Assembly: GCA_048772705.1 (NCBI GenBank)
Contig: JBLWGC010000114.1
Location: 1-17,006 of the forward strand
DNA length: 17,006 bases
Direction: 5' to 3'
From: Leidyana gryllorum EB-2025a
Taxonomy: Eukaryota; Protista; Apicomplexa
Shown here: one piece after another, positions 8,308 to 15,794 of the stretch
Numbering within the stretch: the stretch's first letter is position 1
Layout: every line of letters begins with the position of its first letter
Notes under the pieces: model-generated
What the model was told of the DNA's origin: nothing
Database searches by the model: none
Seen by the model: only the letters and a program-made list of their open reading frames with translations
Made by a program: the position numbers and the translations under genes

Positions 8308-8343
8308 TTGCTCACGACCCAATCAATTCTATATGCGCACACT

Positions 8344-8415
8344 CAGCAGTGCGTCGTTTCGATCGACGAACCTTTGGGTTCTGAGCCCAACACTCTTCCA
8401 CTGAGCTACACTGCT
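8344..8415 (-). tRNA. Initiator tRNA-Met body with CAG anticodon
   Basis: A1:T72 (AGCAGTG/CACTGCT), TTGGG-CT-CAG-AA-CCCAA, ATCGAAA T-loop, discriminator G. Confidence 0.85.
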
Positions 8416-8551
8416 CAGTCTGCAACATGGAAGAGGGAGCCGAAATGCGATTCTTGAGATGTTAATGCCCTTCAGTGCCGAAGTGGGCTAACGAGGTGGC
8501 TGTGTTGGCTGTGAGGGCAGCTTGTCCCGTCGGGTCAACCGACGACCAAGA

Positions 8552-8623
8552 GGGCTGTTCTGGGAATCGAACCCAGGACTCCTTCCACCCTAAGGAAGGA
8601 TCATACCACTAGACCAAACAGCC
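8552..8623 (-). tRNA. tRNA-Pro(AGG)
   Basis: Full cloverleaf; identical to 16308-16379. Confidence 0.95.
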
Positions 8624-8758
8624 GGCTGGTCGGTCGTGCAACCCGCTGAGGACAGTTGAGATAGTGGTCATACTATGTTGAGAGCCAACAAATGCGATGG
8701 GGTCTGCACAACAAAATGGAAAGACTTTTTTGAGTTGGAGGCGGGCGTATTCAGAGCG

Positions 8759-8830
8759 GCCGAGATAGTCTAGTGGTTAGTATTTCCGCCTGACACGCGG
8801 AAGACCCGGATTCGATTTCCGGTCTCGGAG
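8759..8830 (+). pseudogene. tRNA-Asp body, anticodon GAC
   Basis: T1>G; G53:C61 replaced by A:T; TCCGC-CT-GAC-AC-GCGGA. Confidence 0.78.
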
Positions 8831-8882
8831 ATAGATCGTCTTCCTCTCTAGATTTCGTGATGCTCACCTGAACGATGCGTGT

Positions 8883-8952
8883 TACAGCCACCGAGGATGG
8901 AACTCGGGACCTTCTGCGTGTTAAACAGACGTCGTGACCACTAGATGGCAGC
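8883..8952 (-). pseudogene. tRNA-Val(AAC) pseudogene
   Basis: 3-nt deletion near 5' end; T-loop and stem substitutions. Confidence 0.82.
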
Positions 8953-9094
8953 ACGGAGCTTCCGGACTGCGAAAGGAGCGTGTGTCTCTGGAACCACGTA
9001 TCCGATGAGCCTGGTTTTTATGTATCGGCTTAAGTTGGACGGCCTGGACTAGTTTTAAGACCCTTCGCTTTGTATTCAGGAATGGAGATGTCAC

Positions 9095-9165
9095 GCATCT
9101 GTGGTTTAGTGGTAGACTGTGTCGTTGCCACCGAGACGACCCAGGTTCGATTCCCGGCAGATGCA
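9095..9165 (+). pseudogene. tRNA-Gly(GCC), degenerate
   Basis: Mismatches in D, anticodon and T stems. Confidence 0.78.
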
Positions 9166-9247
9166 GAGAAGATGGCAGATGGTTGATTGAGGCACCATTC
9201 TGGGGTTTCAGGAGTGAGTTGTTGTCTGCCCCTCCAATCAGATCGCA

Positions 9248-9329
9248 CGACAACTGCTGGATTTGAACCAGCGCGGGCCAGGCCCAGTAGATTTCTAGTC
9301 TACCCCCTTAACCACTCGGGCAAGTTGCC
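9248..9329 (-). tRNA. tRNA-Ser(AGA)
   Basis: Full class II cloverleaf; identical to 12508-12589. Confidence 0.95.
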
Positions 9330-9390
9330 ACCTGTCGGACTTGGCATCTTGCGCCCTGTGGCTTCACATACGGTTCAGCAAGCTTGACTC

Positions 9391-9464
9391 GGACTGCTGG
9401 CGCTGCCCGAAGCTGCGGTCTCTCCATTGAAAGTTTAGGGGTCTACCGACGGAGCTGGCGCGGC
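9391..9464 (-). pseudogene. Old tRNA-Lys-like pseudogene
   Basis: Homologue of 12373-12446 and 15418-15491. Confidence 0.65.
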
Positions 9465-9564
9465 AAGGAAGCTCGGACTTAGTAACTAGTTCCTTTCGTA
9501 TTGGTCGCAGAATGTTGAGGCTTCCTCGGGTCCAGGACAACTATTTATCAGAGATCTACTCACT

Positions 9565-9638
9565 TGGTCACGCCCGGGCTCGAACCGGGGACCTTGAGCT
9601 TATTAGGCTCACGCTCTAACCGACTGAGCTACGCGACC
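9565..9638 (-). tRNA. tRNA-Ile(AAT)
   Basis: Full cloverleaf, TGAGC-CT-AAT-AA-GCTCA. Confidence 0.95.
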
Positions 9639-9719
9639 ACTTCTGCGACGACAGATGGCACCGACCCGGATGCTGGATCCCCCTGAGTTAGAATCAAACA
9701 TCAGAGCCTTTCAGACACT

Positions 9720-9780
9720 GGCAAGAAGCTGTAGACGGCGCAGTACTGGAAGGGCGTCGGCCCGAATCCCACTCTTCTCA
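9720..9780 (+). pseudogene. tRNA-Leu remnant with internal deletion
   Basis: GGCAAGA...AAGGGCGT...CGAATCCCACTCTTCTCA plus Leu-Trp spacer as at 2664. Confidence 0.65.
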
Positions 9781-9809
9781 GGTTGCCCCCCATACGGGAA
9801 GATCATGAG

Positions 9810-9880
9810 GTCAAATTGAGTGATTCGAACCCCCAATTTTCTAAGCTGCAGTCAGACCCGCTACGTTCCGCCATAGGCCC
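9810..9880 (-). pseudogene. tRNA-Trp pseudogene (anticodon now GCA)
   Basis: Aligns to Trp 2700-2771 with the same upstream flank. Confidence 0.72.
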
Positions 9881-9949
9881 CGCTCCAGACTCATTGCATT
9901 GTGGTCAAGAATGTTGGACCAACAACTTCGAGCGTTTTAGCCCATCTCC

Positions 9950-10021
9950 AGGGCACGTGCGGAGTTGAACCACGAGCCTGCTGATCTGCAGTCAGCTGCT
10001 CTACCACTGAGCTACGTACCC
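9950..10021 (-). tRNA. tRNA-Cys(GCA), one T-stem mismatch
   Basis: GGGTACG/CGTGCCC+T; GCTGA-CT-GCA-GA-TCAGC. Confidence 0.85.
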
Positions 10022-10162
10022 AGAACTGCCCCTCACACTCGCTCAACTCGATTCTATCTTCTCATTTGAAGTAAAACGTCGTGTACGTCGAGACCACTAG
10101 ACCGTGGCTGCACGAATGGCAAGAGATGGCGAAGTTTCAGAGAGTAGTGAGGACCAGTTCCA

Positions 10163-10234
10163 AGGTCGCGCCGGGAATCGAACCCAGGTCGGGAGATTCA
10201 GAGTCTCCAGTGCTAACCACTACACCACGCAACC
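10163..10234 (-). tRNA. tRNA-Gln(CTG)
   Basis: Full cloverleaf. Confidence 0.94.
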
Positions 10235-10419
10235 GGTTCAGCCCATCCAAAAGAGTCGGTAGAATCATCCGGGCTAGCGCTCCCAACTGGACACATGCAA
10301 CACGCGTCTCTCAACTGACCTTTGAAATATTTTAACTGACTCTGGTATCTTCGTCGGCAGAGTGTGTGATTGTAAAATGCAAACTCGGGAATCCGGGCTC
10401 TGAGGCAACCTTCACACAT

Positions 10420-10483
10420 ACTGCGGTGCCCGAGTCTAGCCAAGGGGTAAAGGGCACACTTGAAAGCTTTCAACTCTGTAGTA
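10420..10483 (+). pseudogene. Possible internally deleted class II (Leu/Ser-like) tRNA remnant
   Basis: ACTGCGG pairs with CTGTAGT; TGCCCGAGTCTAGCCAAGGGG resembles a class II D arm; no clear anticodon or T arm. Confidence 0.35.
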
Positions 10484-10511
10484 AAAAGCGGCACTTGCAG
10501 ACTACGAAGTT

Positions 10512-10584
10512 TGGACGACCTGGGCATCGATCCCAGTACCTCTCGCATGCTAAGCGAGCGCTCTACCATTTGAGCTAGTCGCCC
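10512..10584 (-). tRNA. tRNA-Ala(AGC)
   Basis: G3:T70, CTCGC-TT-AGC-AT-GCGAG, A54. Confidence 0.95.
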
Positions 10585-10672
10585 ATTGTGCGGACCCCAT
10601 CGCATTTGTTGGTTCTCAACATAGGGTGACCACCTTTTAAACTGTCTTCAGCGGGTTGCACGAATGAAAGGC

Positions 10673-10744
10673 GGCTGTTTGGTCTAGTGGTATGATTCTT
10701 CCGTTGGGTGGAAGAAGTCCGGGGTTCCATTCCCAAAACAGCCC
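10673..10744 (+). pseudogene. tRNA-Pro(TGG), degenerate
   Basis: T-stem and T-loop substitutions; pyrimidine 32>G. Confidence 0.8.
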
Positions 10745-10820
10745 GCTTTGTTGTATCTTGACCCAACCTGCCTGGCAGCATGGTTCTGGGTTCGGGTGAT
10801 TCCTCGGAGAAAGTCGGAGG

Positions 10821-10893
10821 GGGAGTGTAGCGCAGCCGCTAGCGCGTAGGTCTCATAATCCTGAAGTCGAGAGTTCGATCCTCTCCACTCTCG
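10821..10893 (+). pseudogene. Elongator tRNA-Met(CAT), degenerate
   Basis: D-loop GG>GC; 3' end CACTCTCG. Confidence 0.75.
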
Positions 10894-10934
10894 CGGTCGG
10901 AATCGAAACCGCCGACAAACTCATCATGCTACCA

Positions 10935-11005
10935 TTTTGCAGTCGGGAATCGCACACAGGTTATCTCGATGGCACTGAGCGACTCTTCCACTAGACCACA
11001 GATGC
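10935..11005 (-). pseudogene. tRNA-Gly(GCC) pseudogene
   Basis: B box GTGCGATTC; shared lesions with 11919-11989. Confidence 0.78.
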
Positions 11006-11071
11006 AGAACACAATCTTGTGAATCTTGTACGTGGTGACAGCCATTCCTCTTAAGCCTATCGATGCAACAA

Positions 11072-11143
11072 AGCCTTCTGCCGGAATCGAACCGGCGCCT
11101 TCTCGCTTACGAAGCGAACGCTCTGCCCCTAAGCTAAGAAGGC
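11072..11143 (-). tRNA. tRNA-Thr(CGT)
   Basis: All stems paired; TTCGC-TT-CGT-AA-GCGAG. Confidence 0.92.
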
Positions 11144-11229
11144 AACTTAGCTGGAGAATCATGTGTCAGTTGTATCGACGAAAGTTAGCCGGGTGCTGCG
11201 TGCACGGCGGGCAGTGCTGGGATGTAGTT

Positions 11230-11302
11230 CGGATGGGCTGGGAATCGATCCCAGAACCTTTCGTATACTAAGCCACCGTTTCATCATCTGGGCTAGCCTC
11301 CT
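11230..11302 (-). pseudogene. Old tRNA-Ala pseudogene
   Basis: Copy of 4926-4997 family. Confidence 0.7.
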
Positions 11303-11376
11303 TCTGTGCCTACCTCACTTCACATAGTGAGACGAGTCTCTCGACTGTACCCAGCGGGTTGAACCACCGGCGAGGC

Positions 11377-11448
11377 GGCTGTTTGGTCTAGTGGTATGAT
11401 CCATCCTTAGGGTGGAAGGAGTCCTGGGTTCGATTCCCAGAACAGCCC
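11377..11448 (+). tRNA. tRNA-Pro(AGG), one anticodon-stem mismatch
   Basis: CATCC-TT-AGG-GT-GGAAG. Confidence 0.82.
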
Positions 11449-11495
11449 GTCTGATAGTTGTTGACCCAACACGGCACGTGCAGCCGTACGAAGTT

Positions 11496-11567
11496 TGGAC
11501 GACCTGGACATCGATCCCATACCTTTCGCATGCTAAGCGAGCGCTTTACCATCTGAGCCAGTCGCCC
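11496..11567 (-). pseudogene. tRNA-Ala(AGC) pseudogene
   Basis: 1-nt deletion plus stem mismatches versus 10512-10584. Confidence 0.82.
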
Positions 11568-11655
11568 GACGTGCAGTCCCCATCGCATTTATCGGTTGCC
11601 AACATAGCATGACCACTCTCTCGACTCTACCCGCGGATTGCACCACCGACCAGTC

Positions 11656-11726
11656 AGCTGTTTGGTCTAGTGGTATATCCTTCCTTAGGGTGGATTGAGT
11701 GCCGGGTTCGATTCCCAGAACAGCCC
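11656..11726 (+). pseudogene. tRNA-Pro(AGG) pseudogene
   Basis: G1>A, D-stem deletion, anticodon-stem mismatches. Confidence 0.82.
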
Positions 11727-11801
11727 GCTTTGTTGTATCTTGACCCAACCTGCCTGGCAGCATGGTTCTGGGTTCGGGTGATTCTTCGGAGACAGTCGGG
11801 G

Positions 11802-11874
11802 GGGAGTGTTGCGCAGTCGGTAGCGCGTAGGTCTCATAATCCTGAAGTCGAGAGTTCGATCCTCTCCACTCCCA
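11802..11874 (+). tRNA. Elongator tRNA-Met(CAT), A9>T
   Basis: One difference from 1127-1199. Confidence 0.86.
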
Positions 11875-11918
11875 GGGTCGGAATCGCAATCGCCGACAAA
11901 CTCATCATGCTATCGTTT

Positions 11919-11989
11919 TGCATCTGTCGGGAATCGCACACGGGCTATCTTGATGGCAGCGAGAGACTCTTCCACTAGACCACAGATGC
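11919..11989 (-). pseudogene. tRNA-Gly(GCC) pseudogene
   Basis: Acceptor intact; D, anticodon and T arms decayed. Confidence 0.8.
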
Positions 11990-12057
11990 AGAACACGATT
12001 CTGTTCACTCTTGTACCTGGTGGACAGCCATTCTTTATAAGCCTATCGATGCATCAA

Positions 12058-12129
12058 AGCCTTCTGCCGGAATCGAGCCGGCGCCTTCTCGTTTAGGAAG
12101 CGAACGCTCTGCCCCTAAGCTTCGAAGGC
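12058..12129 (-). pseudogene. tRNA-Thr pseudogene (CGT>CCT)
   Basis: Copy of 11072-11143 with U8, T54 and anticodon changes. Confidence 0.82.
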
Positions 12130-12205
12130 AATGTAAGTTGGAGACAACCAAACGATGGCTACTGACGGAGATTAGTGGAGCACTTTGCTCGAGTACTTCA
12201 ATGAC

Positions 12206-12278
12206 TTCCACTGCCGGGACTTGAACCCGGATCGTGCGGGTGAGAGCCGCATATCCTAGCCACTTAGACTACAGTGGA
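12206..12278 (-). tRNA. tRNA-Glu(CTC)
   Basis: Full cloverleaf; differs from Glu(TTC) only at position 34. Confidence 0.95.
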
Positions 12279-12372
12279 CAAGTGCTCGAGCTTAGGCTTC
12301 GGCCGGCCGAACCGTCTCGGAAAGATTCCGCCATCAATACGACTGGAATTGTTACCAAGTCCGAGCTTTCTT

Positions 12373-12446
12373 GCCGCCCCAACTCCGTCGGTAGAGCGCA
12401 AGACTTTTGAAGGGAGAACCGCGGGTTCGGGCGGCGCGAGCAGTCC
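12373..12446 (+). pseudogene. tRNA-Lys(TTT)-like pseudogene
   Basis: GCCGCCC...GTCGGTAGAGCGCAAGA-CT-TTT; 3' half decayed. Confidence 0.72.
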
Positions 12447-12507
12447 TAGTAAAGCTTGTTGAACCGTATGTGACGGCACTGGCCGCAAAATGCCGAGTTG
12501 GACAGGT

Positions 12508-12589
12508 GGCAACTTGCCCGAGTGGTTAAGGGGGTAGACTAGAAATCTACTGGGCCTGGCCCGCGCTGGTTCAAATCCAGCAGTTGTCG
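12508..12589 (+). tRNA. tRNA-Ser(AGA)
   Basis: Full class II cloverleaf, GTAGA-CT-AGA-AA-TCTAC. Confidence 0.95.
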
Positions 12590-12653
12590 TGCGATGTGGT
12601 GGAAATGATGCAATCCCCAGCATCAAAAACTCATATGGGTCGAGACAGGGAAT

Positions 12654-12725
12654 GCCTCCTTAGCTTAGGGGCAGAGCATTCGCTTTGTAAGCGAAAGGTC
12701 GCTGGTTCGATTCCGGCAGGAGGCT
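12654..12725 (+). tRNA. tRNA-Thr(TGT)
   Basis: Full cloverleaf. Confidence 0.94.
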
Positions 12726-12902
12726 TCAGTCATTAGCCTAAACATGGTTGCGATCCTCTGCCCGCATTTCGGACGGCGGCTTGCACACAGCACTCGGCCA
12801 TCTTGCCGGAGTGTTCTTGGCTCGCCGTTCCACCCATTTCCTGTTGGTGAAATCTCAAAATGCGAGGACTTCTGGGGTTGGAGGCCGGCGAGTTTACTAG
12901 CG

Positions 12903-12974
12903 TCCGAGATAGTACAGTGGTCAGTATTTCCGGCTGTCACGCGGCATACCCTGGTTCGATTCCCGGTCTCGGAG
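12903..12974 (+). pseudogene. tRNA-Asp(GTC) pseudogene
   Basis: Anticodon- and T-stem mismatches. Confidence 0.8.
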
Positions 12975-13029
12975 CACAGATGGCTTCGCTGAAGATTCTC
13001 TCCTTTGGTTCTCGCTGAACGTCGCGAGC

Positions 13030-13103
13030 TACAGCCACCGAGGACCGAACTCGGGACCTTTTGGGTGTTGAGCAGACGTCGTAACCACTAAACCGTTGAC
13101 TGC
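13030..13103 (-). pseudogene. tRNA-Val(AAC) pseudogene
   Basis: Many substitutions, 1-nt insertion. Confidence 0.8.
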
Positions 13104-13167
13104 ATGAATGGGCCCCGCAGCCCAAGAGGAGTGGCGAAGTTTTACGGAGCAGTGAGGACCAGTTCCA

Positions 13168-13239
13168 AGGTCGCGCCGGGAATCGAACCCAGGTCGGGAG
13201 ATTCAGAGTTTCCAGTGCTAACCACTACACCACGCAACC
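13168..13239 (-). tRNA. tRNA-Gln(CTG), one anticodon-stem mismatch
   Basis: GGAAA-CT-CTG-AA-TCTCC. Confidence 0.82.
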
Positions 13240-13258
13240 GCTTCAGCCCATCCCAGAA

Positions 13259-13286
13259 GAGTCGGTAGAATTGAGTCGGTAGAATT
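13259..13286. repeat. 14-bp tandem duplication
   Basis: GAGTCGGTAGAATT x2; single copy in the homologous spacer near 10253. Confidence 0.9.
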
Positions 13287-13463
13287 ATCCGGACTAGCGC
13301 TTCCTCAACTGGACACACGCAACACGGGTCTCTCTACTGACGTCTGGAAAATTTAATTGGCTCCTGTATATAGCGCCCAGCGTAGAGCGTTGGATTTGAG
13401 TCGGACAGAATGCTCACTTCAATCATTGAAGCAATTGCGCTCTCCGCGAATGCTACCGACCGG

Positions 13464-13543
13464 CCGGGGGTAGCTCAGTTGGTAGAGCATCTGACTGTAG
13501 TACTGGCATCAGATAGTCGGCGGTTCGATTCCGTCCCACCGGA
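13464..13543 (+). tRNA. tRNA-Tyr(GTA) with 7-nt intron (13501-13507)
   Basis: C1:G72, A73; TCTGA-CT-GTA-G[TACTGGC]A-TCAGA; G5.A68 mismatch. Confidence 0.9.
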
Positions 13544-13646
13544 AGTAGAGTGGTGATTGGCAAAGTACTACTCAACCTGATGGTGTTGGCACACAGCGTT
13601 GATAGGCCAACTAGACTACTCCGGCGAGGGTTCCATCTATCTAGTT

Positions 13647-13718
13647 CGGATGAGCTGAGAATCGATCCCAGAACCTTTCGTACACTAAGCACCGTTTCAT
13701 CATCTGGGCTTGCCTCCC
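13647..13718 (-). pseudogene. Old tRNA-Ala pseudogene
   Basis: Copy of 4926-4997 family. Confidence 0.7.
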
Positions 13719-13807
13719 TCTGTGCCTACCTCATGGCCTTGAGTGATACTTCACATAGTGAGACGAGCCTCTTGACTGTACCCAGCGGGTTGAACCACCG
13801 ACTAGGC

Positions 13808-13879
13808 GGCTGTTTGGTCTAGTGGTATGATTCTTCCTTTGGGTGGAAGAAGTCCTGGGTTCGATTCCCAGAACAGCCC
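13808..13879 (+). tRNA. tRNA-Pro(TGG)
   Basis: Full cloverleaf, CTTCC-TT-TGG-GT-GGAAG. Confidence 0.95.
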
Positions 13880-13980
13880 GTCTGTCAGTTGTTGACTCAA
13901 CACGGCACTCGACCCATCCCGGACAGCTAAGACAGGATCTGAGTTGTTGACTCAACAGGCTGCAACCCGGCCATTCGCCC

Positions 13981-14053
13981 AGACGCTACTGGGACTCGAA
14001 CCCAGAATCCCCGGTTCCGTAGACCGATGCCATATCCATTAGGCCATAGCGCC
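13981..14053 (-). tRNA. tRNA-Arg(ACG)
   Basis: Full cloverleaf, TCGGT-CT-ACG-GA-ACCGG; A20. Confidence 0.93.
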
Positions 14054-14174
14054 GACTAGCGGAGCCGTCAAATGGAAGTGTGTAGCGATCAAGACAGGAC
14101 ATGGGCAGCTACGCCCGATGGTGGGTTTGGACAGACTTCACCCACATCTCCCATTCGAGACATCGGGGACATAC

Positions 14175-14247
14175 TATCCAAGCCAGGATTCGGGCCTGGG
14201 TATGCACGGCCACAACTTGCTGTTGTAAGCCCCTAGACGACCCGCAC
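14175..14247 (-). pseudogene. tRNA-His(GTG) pseudogene
   Basis: Decayed His body; inverted copy at 15944-16015. Confidence 0.78.
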
Positions 14248-14435
14248 AATCTTCTGGTGTGGGGCCATTCCTCGCCACATGACGGAATCGACAGTTGTGA
14301 GGAACTAGTGCAGATCCAGCAGTTGTCGTGCGATATGATTGGAGGGGTCAGACACCAACTTACGCATGAATCCTCACCCACTAGCTCAACGCAGACTGCG
14401 GCCGAGTCTCATGGTGCTGAAGCTCTTTCTCAAGT

Positions 14436-14506
14436 GCATTTGTGGTCCAAGGGTAGGATGCGAGCTTCCCATGCTCGCAGCCCGGGTTCGAGTCCCGGTA
14501 GGTGCA
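14436..14506 (+). tRNA. tRNA-Gly(CCC), weakened acceptor stem
   Basis: Inverted copy of 3366-3436; three G:T pairs in the acceptor. Confidence 0.8.
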
Positions 14507-14585
14507 GCCGATCGTACAGACTTGACCATGGCTGCAACGATATTTTCAACATTTCGGGGCGAAGAGCAATGCACTTTAGACTGCT

Positions 14586-14657
14586 TGTCCGAGCCAGGAA
14601 TCGAGCCTGGCATTGCACGGCCACAACGTGCTGTCCTAACCACTAGACGACTTGGAC
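14586..14657 (-). tRNA. tRNA-His(GTG), possibly pseudogene
   Basis: GCACG-TT-GTG-GC-CGTGC; one acceptor mismatch, C54. Confidence 0.7.
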
Positions 14658-14869
14658 AATCTTTGAGCGAGGCTTTAGAGGTAGCGAAGCATCGATCCGG
14701 ATGGAATGGAACAGGAACATCAGACGAATTACGTCATTTACCCGTCGAATAGCTGATGCCACTGCAATCAGATGGGTTGCCATATAAGCACCCCGGGCCG
14801 TGAGAAAAGCCTTCCTTCTCGAGACTTCACGAACAGAAAACGTGTAAAGTGGCGAGCCAAGAACACTCC

Positions 14870-14949
14870 GGCAAGATGGCTGAGTGGTCCAAGGCGCTGT
14901 GTTAAGGCCGCAGTCCGAAAGGGCTTGGGTTCGAATCCCACTCTTGTCA
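14870..14949 (+). tRNA. tRNA-Leu(AAG), near intact
   Basis: CTGTG-TT-AAG-GC-CGCAG, CCGAAAGG variable arm; one T-stem mismatch. Confidence 0.82.
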
Positions 14950-15009
14950 GCCGTTTTATCGGCCCTCGGTCAGCCACTGGACGCAATAGGTCTTCCATGT
15001 AGAGCGCAT

Positions 15010-15082
15010 GGGCGGCTAGCTCAGATGGTAGAGCGCTCGCTTCGCATGCGAGAGGTACTGGGATCGATACCCAGGTCGTCCG
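15010..15082 (+). tRNA. tRNA-Ala(CGC)
   Basis: G3:T70, CTCGC-TT-CGC-AT-GCGAG; discriminator G rather than A. Confidence 0.88.
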
Positions 15083-15150
15083 TACGTACGGCTGCACGTG
15101 GCGGGATCCAAACAAACTTACTCTCGGGGTGCTGCAGATCTTTCGCAATT

Positions 15151-15221
15151 GCACTTGTGGTCTTTGGGCAAGATGCGACCCTTCCAAGGTCGCAACCCGG
15201 GTTCGAGTCCCGGCAGGTGCA
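15151..15221 (+). tRNA. tRNA-Gly(TCC)
   Basis: CGACC-CT-TCC-AA-GGTCG; stems paired; D-loop lacks A14. Confidence 0.82.
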
Positions 15222-15291
15222 GCCGTATGTAGCTCGAGCGACCTGTCTATCAGTGAAGTGAGGGGACTGAGTGCCAATACAATACAACGGT

Positions 15292-15357
15292 TGACAAGCG
15301 CGGGATTCGAACCAGTAGATTTCGAGTCTACCCCCTTAACCATTCGGGCAAGTTGCC
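15292..15357 (-). pseudogene. Chimeric tRNA: Ser(CGA) 5' part fused to Leu 3' end
   Basis: GGCAACTTGCCCGAA...CT-CGA-AA-TCTACTGG|TTCGAATCCCGCGCTTGTCA, followed by a Leu-type downstream flank. Confidence 0.72.
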
Positions 15358-15417
15358 AACGGTAGAACTCGGCATGCCGCAGGCAGTGGCTTCACATACG
15401 GTTCAGCAGCTTGACTC

Positions 15418-15491
15418 GGAGCGCTCGCGCTGTCCGAACCCCCGATCTCTCCATTGAAAGTCTTGCGCTCTACCGACGGAGCTGGCGCGGC
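15418..15491 (-). pseudogene. Old tRNA-Lys-like pseudogene
   Basis: Homologue of 9391-9464 and 12373-12446. Confidence 0.68.
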
Positions 15492-15661
15492 AAAGAAGCT
15501 CGCCCCGTACCCGATGAAGGCCCAAGATTCCACGATCAATACAAATGGAATTGGTTACTAAGTCCGAATCTGTATCAGAGATCCACCCACTTGATCACGC
15601 CGACATACCATGTTTTCCAAGACGGTACGGCTCTCGGCCGAAGCCCCAACTCAACCACTCG

Positions 15662-15734
15662 TCCACTGTAGTCTAAGTGGCTAGGATATGCGGCTCTCAC
15701 CCGCACGGTCGGGGTTCAAATCCCGGCAGTGGAA
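15662..15734 (+). tRNA. tRNA-Glu(CTC), T-stem mismatch
   Basis: Three differences from 12206-12278. Confidence 0.78.
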
Positions 15735-15794
15735 ATCCAGCTCAGTGTGCCTGAAGGCAACAGTTCCATTCTTACTTCCAAGGATATAGATGCA

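Larger units (their letters stand above)
8552..9003. repeat. Pro-Asp-Val cassette, direct copy of ~7098-7550
   Basis: Shared order, orientation and most spacers. Confidence 0.85.
10590..12130. repeat. Direct repeat of Pro-Met-Gly*-Thr cassette (~10590-11145 and ~11575-12130; inverted partial copy ~1030-1430)
   Basis: Near-identical spacers, e.g. GCTTTGTTGTATCTTGACCCAACCTGCCTGGCAGCATGG. Confidence 0.9.
12452..12974. repeat. Ser-Thr-Leu fragment-Asp cassette, direct copy of ~5985-6447
   Basis: Near-identical spacers. Confidence 0.9.
14375..14805. repeat. Gly(CCC)-His cassette, inverted copy of ~3055-3495
   Basis: Reverse-complement match including spacers. Confidence 0.88.

Noticed and set aside
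14870-14949. Reading the Leu anticodon as TAA
   Set aside because: The stem CTGTG/CGCAG frames the loop TT-AAG-GC, so the anticodon is AAG
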